Part shown: piece after piece, positions 50,551-60,571 of the stretch
How positions within the stretch are numbered: position 1 is the stretch's first letter
How the letters are laid out: every line of letters begins with the position of its first letter
From: Saprospiraceae bacterium
GTDB lineage: Bacteria > Bacteroidota > Bacteroidia > Chitinophagales > Saprospiraceae
Direction of reading: 5' to 3'
Assembly: GCA_016787465.1 (NCBI GenBank)
Contig: JAEUUR010000197.1
Coordinates: 1 to 60,869, forward strand
Length of the DNA: 60,869 nucleotides
Made by a program: the position numbers and the translations under genes
The notes under the pieces: generated by a model
What the model was told of the DNA's origin: nothing
The model's database searches: none
The model's input: the letters and a program-made list of their open reading frames with translations, nothing else

Positions 50551-50646
50551 GCGCATCGCGCCGTCACATTTGTAGGCGCATCGCACCGTCATATTTGTAG
50601 GCGCATCGCGCCGTAACATTTGTAGATCGCACCGTCATATTTGTAG
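50551..50646. repeat. Tandem repeat, 25-bp unit x 3.8 (or 50-bp unit x 2)
   Basis: The copies are GCGCATCGCGCCGTCACATTTGTAG, GCGCATCGCACCGTCATATTTGTAG, GCGCATCGCGCCGTAACATTTGTAG and (4 nt shorter) ATCGCACCGTCATATTTGTAG. Copies 1 and 3 resemble each other most, as do copies 2 and 4. Confidence 0.9.
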
Positions 50647-50787
50647 CCCTTTTCAAAGTTAACCGAAAATTTGGATTATTCAACAGATTTCCTTTAATTT
50701 TATAATCAACGCGCCACTATGCAATGTGGTTCTTTGTGTCTTGTTGCGCTGCGGATTCCAAAACTTCTCGTTCTTTGCGACGAATTT

Positions 50788-52698
50788 ATGCAAACACCTG
50801 TCGACATACTTCAAAAATTCTGGGGATATCATGCTTTCCGTCCTTTGCAGGAGGAGATCATTCAGTCTGTGTTGTCGGGCCGCGACACACTTGCTTTGTT
50901 GCCAACCGGCGGCGGGAAATCAATTTGTTATCAGGTGCCGGCCTTGTGCATGGATGGAATTACGCTGGTGGTTTCACCGCTGATTGCATTGATGAAGGAT
51001 CAGGTACAAAACCTTGAACGCCGGGGTATTCCCTCGGCGGCTATTCATGCGGGTATGTCGAGGCGCACCGTGGATATCATATTTGAAAATGCCTGCAACG
51101 GGGCTTATAAATTGTTGTACCTCAGTCCCGAACGTTTGCAAACTGATATGGCGCTGGCGCGTATTCAGCGAATGAATGTCAGTTTGTTGGCTGTAGATGA
51201 GGCGCATTGTGTGAGCCAATGGGGATATGATTTCCGGCCGCCTTATTTAAAAATTGCTGACCTGCGTTCCTTGCTTCCCAAAACACCGGTGATGGCACTG
51301 ACTGCCACGGCCACCAGGGAGGTAATGGCAGATATTCAGGAAAAACTGGCCTTTACACACCAGCAGGTATTCCGACAAAGTTTTCAACGCGACAACCTTT
51401 CTTATTCTGTGTTGTATGAAGACAAAAAACGCGAAAAATTGCTTGATATCCTGCGCAACGTGCCCGGCTCAGGCATCGTGTACGTGCGCACGCGCGGCGA
51501 AACCAAAGAAATCGCCCACTTTTTGAAACAGCACCGTATTTCCGCCGATTTTTACCATGCCGGTTTGACGACCGACGAGCGCAGTGCCAAGCAGGAAGCA
51601 TGGATTAGTGGGAAAACACGGATTATTGTTTGCACCAATGCCTTCGGAATGGGTATCGATAAACCTGATGTCCGGATTGTGGTGCATATGTATTTGCCCG
51701 ATTCATTGGAGGCCTATTTTCAGGAAGCTGGCCGGGGCGGTAGAGATGGTAAAAAATCGTATGCCACGATGTTGTACAGCGCTGCCGACGGCGCCGCGCT
51801 CGAACATTATTTGAAAACAGCCTACCCGCCGTTCGAATTTGTCAAAAGAGTTTACCAGGCTTTGGGCAGCTATTCGCAACTGGCGATTGGCGCCGGCGCA
51901 GGGGAAAGTATTGATTTTGATTTTGGTCTGTTTTGCAATAATTACAAATTGGATCATGCGCCAAGTCATGCTGCCTTGAAACTGCTCGAACAGGAAGGCT
52001 GGATTTCCGTGTCGGAGGCGCCGGGGATGCCTCCCAAAGTGCACGTAACATCCAGCAGGGAAACCATGTACGATTACCAGTTGCGGAATCAACAAGCAGA
52101 CACCGTGTTAAAAACGATGTTAAGGGCATATCCGGGCATCCAGGGTGGGCTTTTGGATATTAGTTTGGGCGTTGTGGCCAAGTATGCGAAAACAGATATG
52201 GTAAAAGTACATCAGGTATTGGAAGCGGCGCAAGCCTCTGAGATTTTGGTGTACGAGCCACAAAAAGAAAGTCCGCAGCTAACCTTCATTAAAGAAAGGG
52301 TAGGGGCAGAAAACCTGACGATCGATCAAAAGAAATTTAAATTTAGAAAAGCAAGGGCTGAGGAAAAGGTAAAACAGGCGATCCGGTATGCGGAAGACAG
52401 AAAGTGCAGGAGCCAGTTACTGCTGGCTTATTTTGATGAACCGGAGAGTAAGCCTTGTGGCATTTGTGATATATGTACCGGCAGGAATAAAAACGAAATG
52501 CAGGATCAGGTATTCGAAACCTATGCACAGAAAATCAAAATGGTATTGCGTGAAGAACCGCTACCCATGGAAGAAATTCTCAAGGCTTTTGCGCTCAAAC
52601 GGCAGGATACCGTGGCTAAAGTGCTCACCTATTTGTTGGATGAAAGTGTATTGGCGCAAGATTCGGAGGGTAAAATCAGCGTCCGGAAGCTGTCATGA
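50788..52698 (+). CDS. recQ: RecQ-family ATP-dependent DNA helicase
   Basis: Motifs FGYHAFRPLQ, PTGGGKS, DEAH (VDEAHCVSQWGYDFRP) and a Zn-binding CGICDIC. The ATG at 50788 is preferred over the track start at 50719. Confidence 0.93.
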   Translation: MQTPVDILQKFWGYHAFRPLQEEIIQSVLSGRDTLALLPTGGGKSICYQVPALCMDGITLVVSPLIALMKDQVQNLERRGIPSAAIHAGMSRRTVDIIFENACNGAYKLLYLSPERLQTDMALARIQRMNVSLLAVDEAHCVSQWGYDFRPPYLKIADLRSLLPKTPVMALTATATREVMADIQEKLAFTHQQVFRQSFQRDNLSYSVLYEDKKREKLLDILRNVPGSGIVYVRTRGETKEIAHFLKQHRISADFYHAGLTTDERSAKQEAWISGKTRIIVCTNAFGMGIDKPDVRIVVHMYLPDSLEAYFQEAGRGGRDGKKSYATMLYSAADGAALEHYLKTAYPPFEFVKRVYQALGSYSQLAIGAGAGESIDFDFGLFCNNYKLDHAPSHAALKLLEQEGWISVSEAPGMPPKVHVTSSRETMYDYQLRNQQADTVLKTMLRAYPGIQGGLLDISLGVVAKYAKTDMVKVHQVLEAAQASEILVYEPQKESPQLTFIKERVGAENLTIDQKKFKFRKARAEEKVKQAIRYAEDRKCRSQLLLAYFDEPESKPCGICDICTGRNKNEMQDQVFETYAQKIKMVLREEPLPMEEILKAFALKRQDTVAKVLTYLLDESVLAQDSEGKISVRKLS

Positions 52699-53218
52699 GC
52701 GGTTCAATTTTTTGCAGCAAATGGTTTAAATAATGTGTAGTGTCGTGTTCCTGCAAAACGGAAACCGTCGCTTTTTGATAAAATGGAAGGCGGTGGGCGA
52801 GTACAGAGGTTATGTGATCTCCTAGCAGATGGTCCGGCACATGAGCCAACAGCGGCCGGAATTGTTTTTGGTGTTTTAAACGAGATGCCAGCACATCCGG
52901 CGGGGTGTCCAGAAATACGGTAATTCCGTGGGTGTTCATCCAGTCCATGTTATCAAAAAAGCAAGGGGTTCCGCCACCGGTTGCCACCACTGCCGGGGCA
53001 GAAAGCAGGGTGTTTTGAAGGGCGGTTTGTTCCAAAACCCGGAAAGCCTCCTCTCCGGACTGCGCAAAAATTTCCGAAACGGTCTGGCCGGTATGTTGTT
53101 CAATTTGAACATCCATATCGATGAAAGGCAGGAGCAATTTTTGAGCAAGCAGTTGCCCCCAACTGGTTTTTCCACAGCCCATGAATCCGATCAGAAAAAT
53201 CAATGGAGGATGTTGCAT
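52676..53218 (-). CDS. aroK: Shikimate kinase
   Basis: 180 aa with Walker A GFMGCGKTS and the DMD motif. Its 3' end overlaps recQ by 23 nt (convergent). Confidence 0.9.
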   Translation of the reverse strand: MQHPPLIFLIGFMGCGKTSWGQLLAQKLLLPFIDMDVQIEQHTGQTVSEIFAQSGEEAFRVLEQTALQNTLLSAPAVVATGGGTPCFFDNMDWMNTHGITVFLDTPPDVLASRLKHQKQFRPLLAHVPDHLLGDHITSVLAHRLPFYQKATVSVLQEHDTTHYLNHLLQKIEPLMTASGR

Positions 53219-53316
53219 TGGTTCAATATTTAGTGCGATCCATATATTTATTTAGAGATAAACAGCTTTCGGTCTAAAACGGTACTGGTTAGGCATTGAT
53301 CAAACCGTTCAACCTT

Positions 53317-53324
53317 TATCTTTG
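53317..53324 (+). promoter_or_regulatory. -7 box TATCTTTG upstream of the DUF1573 gene
   Basis: Exact TAnnTTTG 31 nt upstream of the ATG at 53355. Confidence 0.45.
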
Positions 53325-53354
53325 CGCTTCAATTTTGATTTTGTAAAAAAAACT

Positions 53355-53834
53355 ATGAAACATTCGATTTTATTCTTCGCGATTTTAACTTTTGCCGCGA
53401 TTGCTTGCAAAAATGAACCAGGCGTTAAAAAAGGAGACGGCGGCCCAAATTCCGACATGATTAACAATCCGGTCACCGCCGATTTACCCACCGATACCAA
53501 CCTGCTTGCCCGGATCATGTACGATATGCCAACTTATGAATTCGGCACGGTGAATGAAGGCGATGTTGTAACTCACAAATTTACGTTTACCAACACGGGC
53601 AAAGTACCACTCACCATTTTAAAAGCACGTTCAACCTGCGGCTGCACGGTACCTGAATGGCCGGAAGAACCTATTCCACCCGGCGGCAAAGGTGAAATTA
53701 CGGCAAGTTTTAATACAGAAGGTAAAATGAATAACCAAACCAAAACCATCACCGTTACAGCCAATACCTACCCGAATGAAACGCGCGTGAAGCTGGTTGG
53801 AATTGTAAATCCAAAAAAGGATTCGAAGGAATAG
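53355..53834 (+). CDS. DUF1573-domain lipoprotein
   Basis: Lipoprotein signal (ILTFAAIAC). The DUF1573 core reads FGTVNEGDVVTHKFTFTNTGKVPLTILKARSTCGCTVPEW. Confidence 0.85.
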   Translation: MKHSILFFAILTFAAIACKNEPGVKKGDGGPNSDMINNPVTADLPTDTNLLARIMYDMPTYEFGTVNEGDVVTHKFTFTNTGKVPLTILKARSTCGCTVPEWPEEPIPPGGKGEITASFNTEGKMNNQTKTITVTANTYPNETRVKLVGIVNPKKDSKE

Positions 53835-53891
53835 GGTGGGGTAACTTCTGATGAAAAACTCCCTCGACTAAAATTCAGCCAAGTGATTGGC

Positions 53892-53933
53892 AAAAAGAAA
53901 ATCCCGAACCTCGGTGCATGCCAAAATTCGGGA
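53892..53933 (-). terminator. Probable terminator downstream of tRNA-His
   Basis: Stem TCCCGAA/TTCGGGA (53902-53908 / 53927-53933). On the minus strand it is followed by TTTTCTTTTT. Confidence 0.45.
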
Positions 53934-53948
53934 CAACTTTTGTTGGAG

Positions 53949-54023
<75 letters not shown>

Positions 54024-54093
54024 GTGTGCTTCACATGCCGTCGTCTTTGAACTTTTTCTTCATTCAGAAACCTGCATGTTTCTCAAGCGGCTG

Positions 54094-54101
54094 CAAAGAT
54101 A
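54094..54101 (-). promoter_or_regulatory. -7 box (TATCTTTG on minus strand) upstream of tRNA-His
   Basis: Plus-strand CAAAGATA in the GGCTGCAAAG context, 71 nt upstream of the tRNA 5' end. Confidence 0.4.
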
Positions 54102-54162
54102 GGTGTAGTTTTATCAAACAGCCAATACCTGAACCAAGGAAAATTCAAGAAAATTCCATTTT

Positions 54163-55143
54163 CTACATGGCGGCCCGAACTTTTTCTGTTTGAACCCCCG
54201 GTGAACGCCAGCCACGCAGTTTTTTTAATAGCTTGCACAACTTCAAGTTGAGCGACGTACCGGCATTAAAAAATTGCCCGTTGATGGTCAGCCATTCCTT
54301 TTCTTTTTTCACTTCTCCTATTTCATGGTAAAATATGCGTTGTGGGCGTTCCAGGGGCGTTTTCCAATAGATTCCTTTGTTGGTAAGCGCAAAGCCTTCC
54401 TTGCAGGTGTTTTTCAATGAAAGATCGCAAATGAAAAAGACCCGTTCCTGCGGCTCGGCGTATAAAAAATGTTTGCAGGCATTGGCTAGTAATTCCGACC
54501 GCATACTGATAAAATCGAAATAAACTACTTCCTGCTCGTGATCGAAATCCAGAAAATCCTGAATCATTTGCCAAAGATCGGTTTTGCCTGGGATGGCCTT
54601 TTCGTATTTCAGGATGGCAGATGGCAACAGCACCCCGTTCAGATCGGGGCAGTACTGGATGATAAAAAAATCAAGCAGGCCTTCGAATGCCGTCATAAGC
54701 CGCCGGTCAATTTCTGAAAGCGCTTCCGTGCCAAAACGCTCCCATTGCACCAAAATATCTTCAGCAATTTGTTCTGAACGCAAACCGTAAATTTCCCTGA
54801 ATCGGGATTGGTAAAACCGTTCAACGTAGTCGGGGTACTTTTTGGGGTCGTGTTCTTCCTCAACCCGTTGACGTAACCGCTTGAAAAACAGTGCTTTTAC
54901 CTGCTCGGTCACACTTTCCTGCGATTGGAAATCAATGGGAAATACCTGAACATACCGATTGGGCGCCGCTTGGCCTTTACCCTCAAAATGAAACCCACAA
55001 TGATGGCAGAACACCGAGGTAACCGGCCCCTGGTGGGTACATGCAGGGCATTCTTTGGTGCGTTCGGCTATTTTATCGCCGCAACGAATACAAAATTTGG
55101 AACCCGGAATAATTTCGGCTGCACAATTTGGACAGAGATTCAT
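54163..55143 (-). CDS. Double zinc-ribbon protein with uncharacterised C-terminal domains
   Basis: The N-terminus reads MNLCPNCAAEIIPGSKFCIRCG...CPACTH...CHHCGF (two CxxC...CxxC ribbons). The remaining ~270 aa match no motif I recognise. Confidence 0.7.
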   Translation of the reverse strand: MNLCPNCAAEIIPGSKFCIRCGDKIAERTKECPACTHQGPVTSVFCHHCGFHFEGKGQAAPNRYVQVFPIDFQSQESVTEQVKALFFKRLRQRVEEEHDPKKYPDYVERFYQSRFREIYGLRSEQIAEDILVQWERFGTEALSEIDRRLMTAFEGLLDFFIIQYCPDLNGVLLPSAILKYEKAIPGKTDLWQMIQDFLDFDHEQEVVYFDFISMRSELLANACKHFLYAEPQERVFFICDLSLKNTCKEGFALTNKGIYWKTPLERPQRIFYHEIGEVKKEKEWLTINGQFFNAGTSLNLKLCKLLKKLRGWRSPGVQTEKVRAAM

Positions 55144-55177
55144 CGATCAAGAATTTGTTGATTGACATTTGCAGCCA

Positions 55178-55185
55178 CAAATATA
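55178..55185 (-). promoter_or_regulatory. -7 box (TATATTTG on minus strand) upstream of the zinc-ribbon gene
   Basis: Plus-strand CAAATATA lies 35 nt upstream of the ATG at 55143. Confidence 0.4.
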
Positions 55186-55228
55186 AAACTAAATGTTTTT
55201 ATTTCAAAATAAATTGTTTTAAAAATAA

Positions 55229-55921
55229 TTAATACCCATCGCCACTCTTTTCCAACAAATCAGGCCGTCTGGTTTTGGTTCGTTCGATACTTTGCTCGTG
55301 CCGCCACTCCTCTATGTTCTTTTCGTGGCCGGAAAGCAACACTTCCGGTACTTTCATGCCATTCCAATCGGCCGGTCGGGTATACACCGGCGGCGCAAGC
55401 AGGTTATCCTGAAAGCTGTCAAACAAAGCCGAGGTTTCATCATTCAGTACCCCAGGAATTAAACGGCCCACGGAATCCACGATCACTGCGGCTGCCAGTT
55501 CGCCGCCTGACAAAACATAATCTCCGATAGAAACTTCCAACGTAACATATTTTTGCCGGATGCGGTCGTCGACGCCCTTGTAGTGACCACACAAAATCAG
55601 TACGTTTTGTTTCATACTCAACCGATTGCACAAGGCCTGATCGAGCATCTGTCCGTCGGGTGTGGTATAAATTATTTCATCGTAGGTGCGTTCGGCACAT
55701 AACTTGCTGATACATGCTGAAATAGGTTCCGGTTTCATCACCATGCCTGCGCCGCCGCCAAATTGATAATCGTCTACTTGCCGGTGTTTGCCGGTGGCGT
55801 AATCGCGCAATTGATGCAAATGGACCTCTAAAAGCCCCTTGTCTTTGGCCCTTTGCATGATGGAATGGTTGAGCGGACTTTCCAGTAATTCGGGTAAAAC
55901 AGTAATTATATCAAATCGCAT
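55229..55921 (-). CDS. trmD: tRNA (guanine37-N1)-methyltransferase
   Basis: [12 protein letters not shown]-terminus, with GGGAGMVM and [10 protein letters not shown] motifs. The track start at 55960 is a TTG, so the ATG at 55921 is preferred. Confidence 0.95.
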   Translation of the reverse strand: MRFDIITVLPELLESPLNHSIMQRAKDKGLLEVHLHQLRDYATGKHRQVDDYQFGGGAGMVMKPEPISACISKLCAERTYDEIIYTTPDGQMLDQALCNRLSMKQNVLILCGHYKGVDDRIRQKYVTLEVSIGDYVLSGGELAAAVIVDSVGRLIPGVLNDETSALFDSFQDNLLAPPVYTRPADWNGMKVPEVLLSGHEKNIEEWRHEQSIERTKTRRPDLLEKSGDGY

Positions 55922-55925
55922 GGGG

Positions 55926-55933
55926 CAAAGGTA
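55926..55933 (-). promoter_or_regulatory. -7 box (TACCTTTG on minus strand) 4 nt upstream of the trmD ATG (leaderless-type)
   Basis: The minus strand reads TACCTTTGCCCCATG. Confidence 0.4.
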
Positions 55934-56002
55934 AACCAGTAATCTTGGAAGAATGACCAAAAATAGCCTGTTAAAAACCTGATTTTGCCGTTAAACCCGG
56001 CT

Positions 56003-56010
56003 TACCTTTG
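56003..56010 (+). promoter_or_regulatory. -7 box TACCTTTG upstream of rocD
   Basis: Exact TAnnTTTG 16 nt upstream of the ATG at 56026. Confidence 0.45.
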
Positions 56011-56025
56011 CACAAAATTAATTTT

Positions 56026-57273
56026 ATGGAAGTCCTGACCGCACCACTTAAACACTCTTCTGTTGAACTGATTGAATTGGAAGATCGGTACAATGCCCAT
56101 AACTACCACCCAATTCCGGTTGTGCTCGAGCGTGGGCGCGGCGTGTATGTATGGGATGTAGAAGGAAAACGATATTACGATTTTTTGTCGGCATACAGCG
56201 CTGTCAACCAGGGCCATTGCCACCCCAGGCTAATCGCTGCCTTGACGGAACAAGCGCAAAAACTAACGCTTACCTCCAGGGCTTTCCACAACAATTTGCT
56301 GGGCGTATATGCCGAATTTATTACCAGTTTCTTCGGATATGAGCGGGTGCTACCCATGAATACCGGTGTGGAAGCCGTTGAAACAGCGCTGAAATTGTGC
56401 AGAAAGTGGGCCTACGAAATCAAAGGTATTCCGGAGGCGCAGGCCAAAATCATATTCGTAGAAGGTAATTTCCACGGCCGCACCCTGGGTGTAATTTCGG
56501 GCTCCAGCGAGCCGGACAGCAGGGGTGGGTTTGGTCCGTATTTGCCAGGCATTGAAGTGATTCCGTACAATGATTTGGAAGCGCTGGAAATCGCCTTGCA
56601 AGATCCAAACACTGCCGGCTTTTTGGTAGAACCCATTCAGGGAGAAGCCGGAGTATATGTTCCAACTGACGGATATTTAGCCGCTGCTTCTGAACTTTGC
56701 CGCCGGTATAACGCGCTTTTTATTGCCGACGAAGTTCAAACCGGCATCGCAAGAACCGGCAAATTGCTTGCTTGCGATCATGAAAATGTAAAACCCGACA
56801 TCCTGGTATTGGGCAAAGCGCTCTCCGGTGGTGTGTTGCCGGTAAGTGCCGTACTTGCCAGCCATGAAATTATGCTCACCATCAAACCCGGCCAGCACGG
56901 TTCCACCTTTGGTGGCAACCCCTTGGCTTGTGCCGTAGCTATGGAGGCGCTCAAACTGGTTGAAGAGGAAAATCTGGCAGAAAATGCAGAGGTGCTGGGC
57001 AAAATTTTCCGTGCGCGTATGAGCGACCTTCAATCCAAACGTCCCGATCTGATCAGCCTGGTACGTGGCAAAGGTTTGCTCAACGCCGTGGTCATTAATG
57101 ATTCGGAAAAGAGCCAAACTGCCTGGAATATTTGCCTGGAATTAGCCAAGAACGGCTTATTGGCAAAACCTACGCATGGTAACATCATTCGTTTTGCACC
57201 ACCCTTGGTCATCAACCATGCGCAAATGGAAGATTGCTGCGCCATCATTGAAAAGGTGATTCTGAATTTTTGA
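56026..57273 (+). CDS. rocD: Ornithine--oxo-acid aminotransferase
   Basis: Class III PLP aminotransferase with the OAT-type N-terminus ([46 protein letters not shown]) and DEVQTG. Confidence 0.93.
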   Translation: MEVLTAPLKHSSVELIELEDRYNAHNYHPIPVVLERGRGVYVWDVEGKRYYDFLSAYSAVNQGHCHPRLIAALTEQAQKLTLTSRAFHNNLLGVYAEFITSFFGYERVLPMNTGVEAVETALKLCRKWAYEIKGIPEAQAKIIFVEGNFHGRTLGVISGSSEPDSRGGFGPYLPGIEVIPYNDLEALEIALQDPNTAGFLVEPIQGEAGVYVPTDGYLAAASELCRRYNALFIADEVQTGIARTGKLLACDHENVKPDILVLGKALSGGVLPVSAVLASHEIMLTIKPGQHGSTFGGNPLACAVAMEALKLVEEENLAENAEVLGKIFRARMSDLQSKRPDLISLVRGKGLLNAVVINDSEKSQTAWNICLELAKNGLLAKPTHGNIIRFAPPLVINHAQMEDCCAIIEKVILNF

Positions 57274-57292
57274 ACGGTTCACCACTAGTTCA

Positions 57293-57300
57293 TACATTTG
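57293..57300 (+). promoter_or_regulatory. -7 box TACATTTG upstream of the dipeptidase gene
   Basis: Exact TAnnTTTG 38 nt upstream of the ATG at 57338. Confidence 0.45.
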
Positions 57301-57337
57301 ACATTCGGGATATTCAACCAACCATCCCTGATGCAAT

Positions 57338-58534
57338 ATGTCCATACCTAAACCATTCCTTTTCATCCTGCTGTTGCTAAGCGCTTGTAACCAGGGCGCT
57401 TCCGATGATGCTTACCTGCAAAAAGCGAAAACGCTTTTAGCCACTACGCCGATTATCGATACACACATTGATTTTCCATGGCATTTGGTGGAAAGAAACA
57501 AATGGTACAAACCCGGCTATACCGCCTGGGCACTTAAAAACCCGGATGGAAATTTTGATTACGAGCGTGCTGTTGCAGGCGGATTGTACGGCCCATTCAT
57601 GTCTATTTATATCCCGGCAAAATATCAATTGGAGCCGGGCCGACCTAAACAGGTGGCTGATTCGCTGATCAACATGGTGTATGAAATTGTAAAAGCATAC
57701 CCGGATAAATTTGCCATTCCCGCCACCGCCGATGAACTGAAAAGCAATTTCAAAAAAGGGTTGGTTTCGCTGCCGATGGGTATGGAAAACGGCGCACCGA
57801 TGGAACAATTGAGCGATGTAGCCTATTTCCACCAGCGTGGTATCCGATATGTTACGTTAACCCACGGGAAAGATAATTTGATCTGTGATTCTTCCTACGA
57901 TACACTGCACACGCACCACGGGCTGAGCGAATACGGCCGTCAGGTAGTGAAAGAAATGAACCGCGTTGGTATCATGGTGGATGTGAGCCACCTGTCTGAC
58001 GAAGCCATTTTTGACGTGCTTGAAGTGGCCACCAAACCGCTGATTGCCACCCATTCCGCTTGCCGTCATTTTACCCCTGGTTTTGAAAGAAACCTTTCAG
58101 ATACCTTGATTAAAGCAATTGCCAAAACAAATGGCGTGGTACAGGTTCCGTTTAGCCAGTATTTTCTGGATGGAAAAGCGCGCGCTGCGTGGCATGCCGC
58201 CGACTCTGTGCGTGAGGCTCGGCAACTTCCTGAATTCGGCCCTCAAACCGATGCTTTTTACAAGGAATTCGCCGAAAAAAATGGCGAACCTTTCTGGTTG
58301 TCCATCAAAACAGTCGCAGATCACATCGATCATATCAAAAACCTGGTTGGTATCAACCACGTCGGCTTGGGCTCTGATTTTGATGGTGTAGGCCCCGCCT
58401 TACCTCCTGATATCAATGATGTAAGCAAATACCCATATTTGGTGGCAGAACTTTACAAACGAGGTTATTCTGACCTGGAAATCAAAAAAGTTTGCAGTGG
58501 CAATGTGCTGCGTGTGTGGCGCGGAAATGAATAG
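57338..58534 (+). CDS. Membrane (renal-type) dipeptidase, peptidase family M19, lipoprotein
   Basis: Lipobox LLLSAC and M19 motifs (IIDTHIDFP, VTLTHGKDN, VDVSHLSD, LGSDFDG). Confidence 0.9.
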   Translation: MSIPKPFLFILLLLSACNQGASDDAYLQKAKTLLATTPIIDTHIDFPWHLVERNKWYKPGYTAWALKNPDGNFDYERAVAGGLYGPFMSIYIPAKYQLEPGRPKQVADSLINMVYEIVKAYPDKFAIPATADELKSNFKKGLVSLPMGMENGAPMEQLSDVAYFHQRGIRYVTLTHGKDNLICDSSYDTLHTHHGLSEYGRQVVKEMNRVGIMVDVSHLSDEAIFDVLEVATKPLIATHSACRHFTPGFERNLSDTLIKAIAKTNGVVQVPFSQYFLDGKARAAWHAADSVREARQLPEFGPQTDAFYKEFAEKNGEPFWLSIKTVADHIDHIKNLVGINHVGLGSDFDGVGPALPPDINDVSKYPYLVAELYKRGYSDLEIKKVCSGNVLRVWRGNE

Positions 58535-58543
58535 CCTCTTCAA

Positions 58544-59167
58544 TTATTCCGTTTTCAGGAGCTTTTCAATGTCCTTCATGAATTTATCTACCGATTCAGC
58601 ATTCGTTCCGTCGCAAAACGAACGAACATGGCGGTTTTTATCCACCAAAATCAGCCGCCCGGAATGATCAAAACCGCCTGGTGCGCTTGGGTCTTCTTTA
58701 GCTACGCTAAAATAGTCGTCGGCAATGTTGTAAATCGCATCATGATCTCCGGTTACCAAATGCCATTTGTTGCTTTTGATTCCCAGCTTTTCCGCGTGGT
58801 GTTTCAATGCGGCCACCGTATCGTTGCGTACATCGATCGAGTGCGATAACATCAGGAGCCGGTCTTCATTTTTGAACCGCTCGTAAATACGTAATCCATT
58901 GGCTTTTACTTTCGGACAAATGGTAGGGCAATGGATGAAAAAGAAGTCAACCACATACGCCTTGCCTGCAAAGGTGGCGTTGTTGATCACCAGGCTATCT
59001 TGATCCACAAACTGAAATTCAGGGATTATAGGATAAACCGTATCGCCTGCGGGTGAGATATCCCGTTCGCCCAGGATAGGCAATGGCCTGGAATCATTGG
59101 ATTGAACACAGGCTGCCAGGTTGAGCAAAGCAAAAACGATAAGGATGATTGGCCGTAACTGAATCAT
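58544..59167 (-). CDS. SCO1/SenC-family copper chaperone (thioredoxin fold)
   Basis: CxxxC motif in FIHCPTICP with a downstream His. The likely start is M16 of the track ORF (MIQLRPIILIVFALLNLAAC, lipoprotein-like). Confidence 0.88.
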   Translation of the reverse strand: MIQLRPIILIVFALLNLAACVQSNDSRPLPILGERDISPAGDTVYPIIPEFQFVDQDSLVINNATFAGKAYVVDFFFIHCPTICPKVKANGLRIYERFKNEDRLLMLSHSIDVRNDTVAALKHHAEKLGIKSNKWHLVTGDHDAIYNIADDYFSVAKEDPSAPGGFDHSGRLILVDKNRHVRSFCDGTNAESVDKFMKDIEKLLKTE

Positions 59168-59245
59168 TTTTCTGAAATTTTCGGCAAAGTTCTTATTTGA
59201 TCCACAATTCATCCGTTCTAACTGCTAATTTTGAATCGTTCCAGG

Positions 59246-60526
59246 TTATTCCACCAGTTTTTTAAAGTTATCAAGAATGGCTTGCCAGCCTTGACGCTGC
59301 ATGTCATGCGGGTGCATATGTTCCGCTTCAAAAATTTCAACCACCTCCGTCTTTTTACCCTTGGGTTTGAATTGGATTTTTACTTTCCGGCCATCGGCAA
59401 TGGTGTAGCGAATCACTTTGTTTGTAGCTACTTCGTCATAAACGCCGTTGAAATCAAAGCTGAAACTTCCGTCGCGCGCAGACATGGTAAAGGAGAAATT
59501 CCCGCCGGGTTTTAGATCATTCACTGCTTTGGGGCAGTACCAGTCGTCGCTGGCGGCGTTCCATTTTTCAATCTCCGAAGGAGTCGTCCAACTTTTCCAA
59601 ACTTTATCAATCGGCGCATGAATCAGCGCACGCACGGTGATTTGCACTTTTTTGAGTTTGGATTTTAATTTCCTGATTTCAATTTTTTTCATGGTGAGCA
59701 AATTGCCCATCGCTTTTTGGGCAACTTCCGGATTGGGGTCGCTCATTAATTTTGGCAAAGCATCGGGGATGACCTGCCAGGAAACGCCGAACGGATCTTT
59801 AAGCCAACCGCACATACTTTCTTCACCTCCGTTAGCCGTCAGTTTTTGCCAATAAAAATCGACTTCTTTTTGGTTTTTACAACGAATCACAAATGAAACT
59901 GCTTCGTTAAAGGTATATCCAGGTGCTTCCATCGGATTATCCATCGCAGAAAATAATTGCCCGGCCAGTTTGAAGTCTGCAAATTGCAGGGTGCCTTCCG
60001 GCCCGGCCTGTCCTTTTCCATAGCGGGCCAGCGTATTGATATTGGAATTTGGAAATAAGTCATTATAAAAATTGACAGCCTGTTCGGCAAATCCTCTTTG
60101 TTCGCCGGTAAACAACAGGCAAGGCATTAATTTTTGTTTTGTTCCTCCCAGTTTTCCCAGCATGACCTGCCATGAAAGCCCGAATTTGTCTTGAACCCAG
60201 CCATATTGCTCGCTCCAGTCGTATTTGGACAGGGGCATAAATACAGTGCCGCCTTCGCTGAGCTTTTTCCATACGGACTTCAATTCTGCCTTGGATTTGC
60301 AACCTACAAAAAATGAAATGGATGGGTTGAACTGAAACCTAGGCCCGCCGTTTAAGGCGGTGAATTCCTGCCCGGCAATCGAAAATTGCACCATAGAAAC
60401 AGCCGGGCCGGCCTGAACACGGTTGGTGATTTTCGAATGATTAAATACCGAAACATAAAATTCGGCAGCTTCTTCAGCCTGGTTGTTGAACCACAGGAAT
60501 GGAGTGAGCTTTTGCAGTTTAGCCAT
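59246..60526 (-). CDS. Tri-domain fusion: two VOC/PhnB-like (3-demethylubiquinone methyltransferase-like) domains + SRPBCC (AHSA1-like) domain
   Basis: The two VOC repeats start at LTPFLWFNNQAEEAAEFY and LMPCLLFTGEQRGFAEQAVNFY, each ending in a ...FG(L/V)SWQV motif. The C-terminal ~140 aa read ITVRALIHAPIDKVWKSWTTPSEIEKW. Confidence 0.85.
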   Translation of the reverse strand: MAKLQKLTPFLWFNNQAEEAAEFYVSVFNHSKITNRVQAGPAVSMVQFSIAGQEFTALNGGPRFQFNPSISFFVGCKSKAELKSVWKKLSEGGTVFMPLSKYDWSEQYGWVQDKFGLSWQVMLGKLGGTKQKLMPCLLFTGEQRGFAEQAVNFYNDLFPNSNINTLARYGKGQAGPEGTLQFADFKLAGQLFSAMDNPMEAPGYTFNEAVSFVIRCKNQKEVDFYWQKLTANGGEESMCGWLKDPFGVSWQVIPDALPKLMSDPNPEVAQKAMGNLLTMKKIEIRKLKSKLKKVQITVRALIHAPIDKVWKSWTTPSEIEKWNAASDDWYCPKAVNDLKPGGNFSFTMSARDGSFSFDFNGVYDEVATNKVIRYTIADGRKVKIQFKPKGKKTEVVEIFEAEHMHPHDMQRQGWQAILDNFKKLVE

Positions 60527-60571
60527 GATGTTTTATTTTAAAAGTACAGCGCAAATAGGTTGGGGGAGGGG

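Noticed and set aside
50551-50646. The tandem 25-mers considered as a CRISPR array
   Set aside because: The repeats are contiguous with no spacers, there are only about 4 copies, they are not palindromic in the CRISPR manner, and there are no cas genes.
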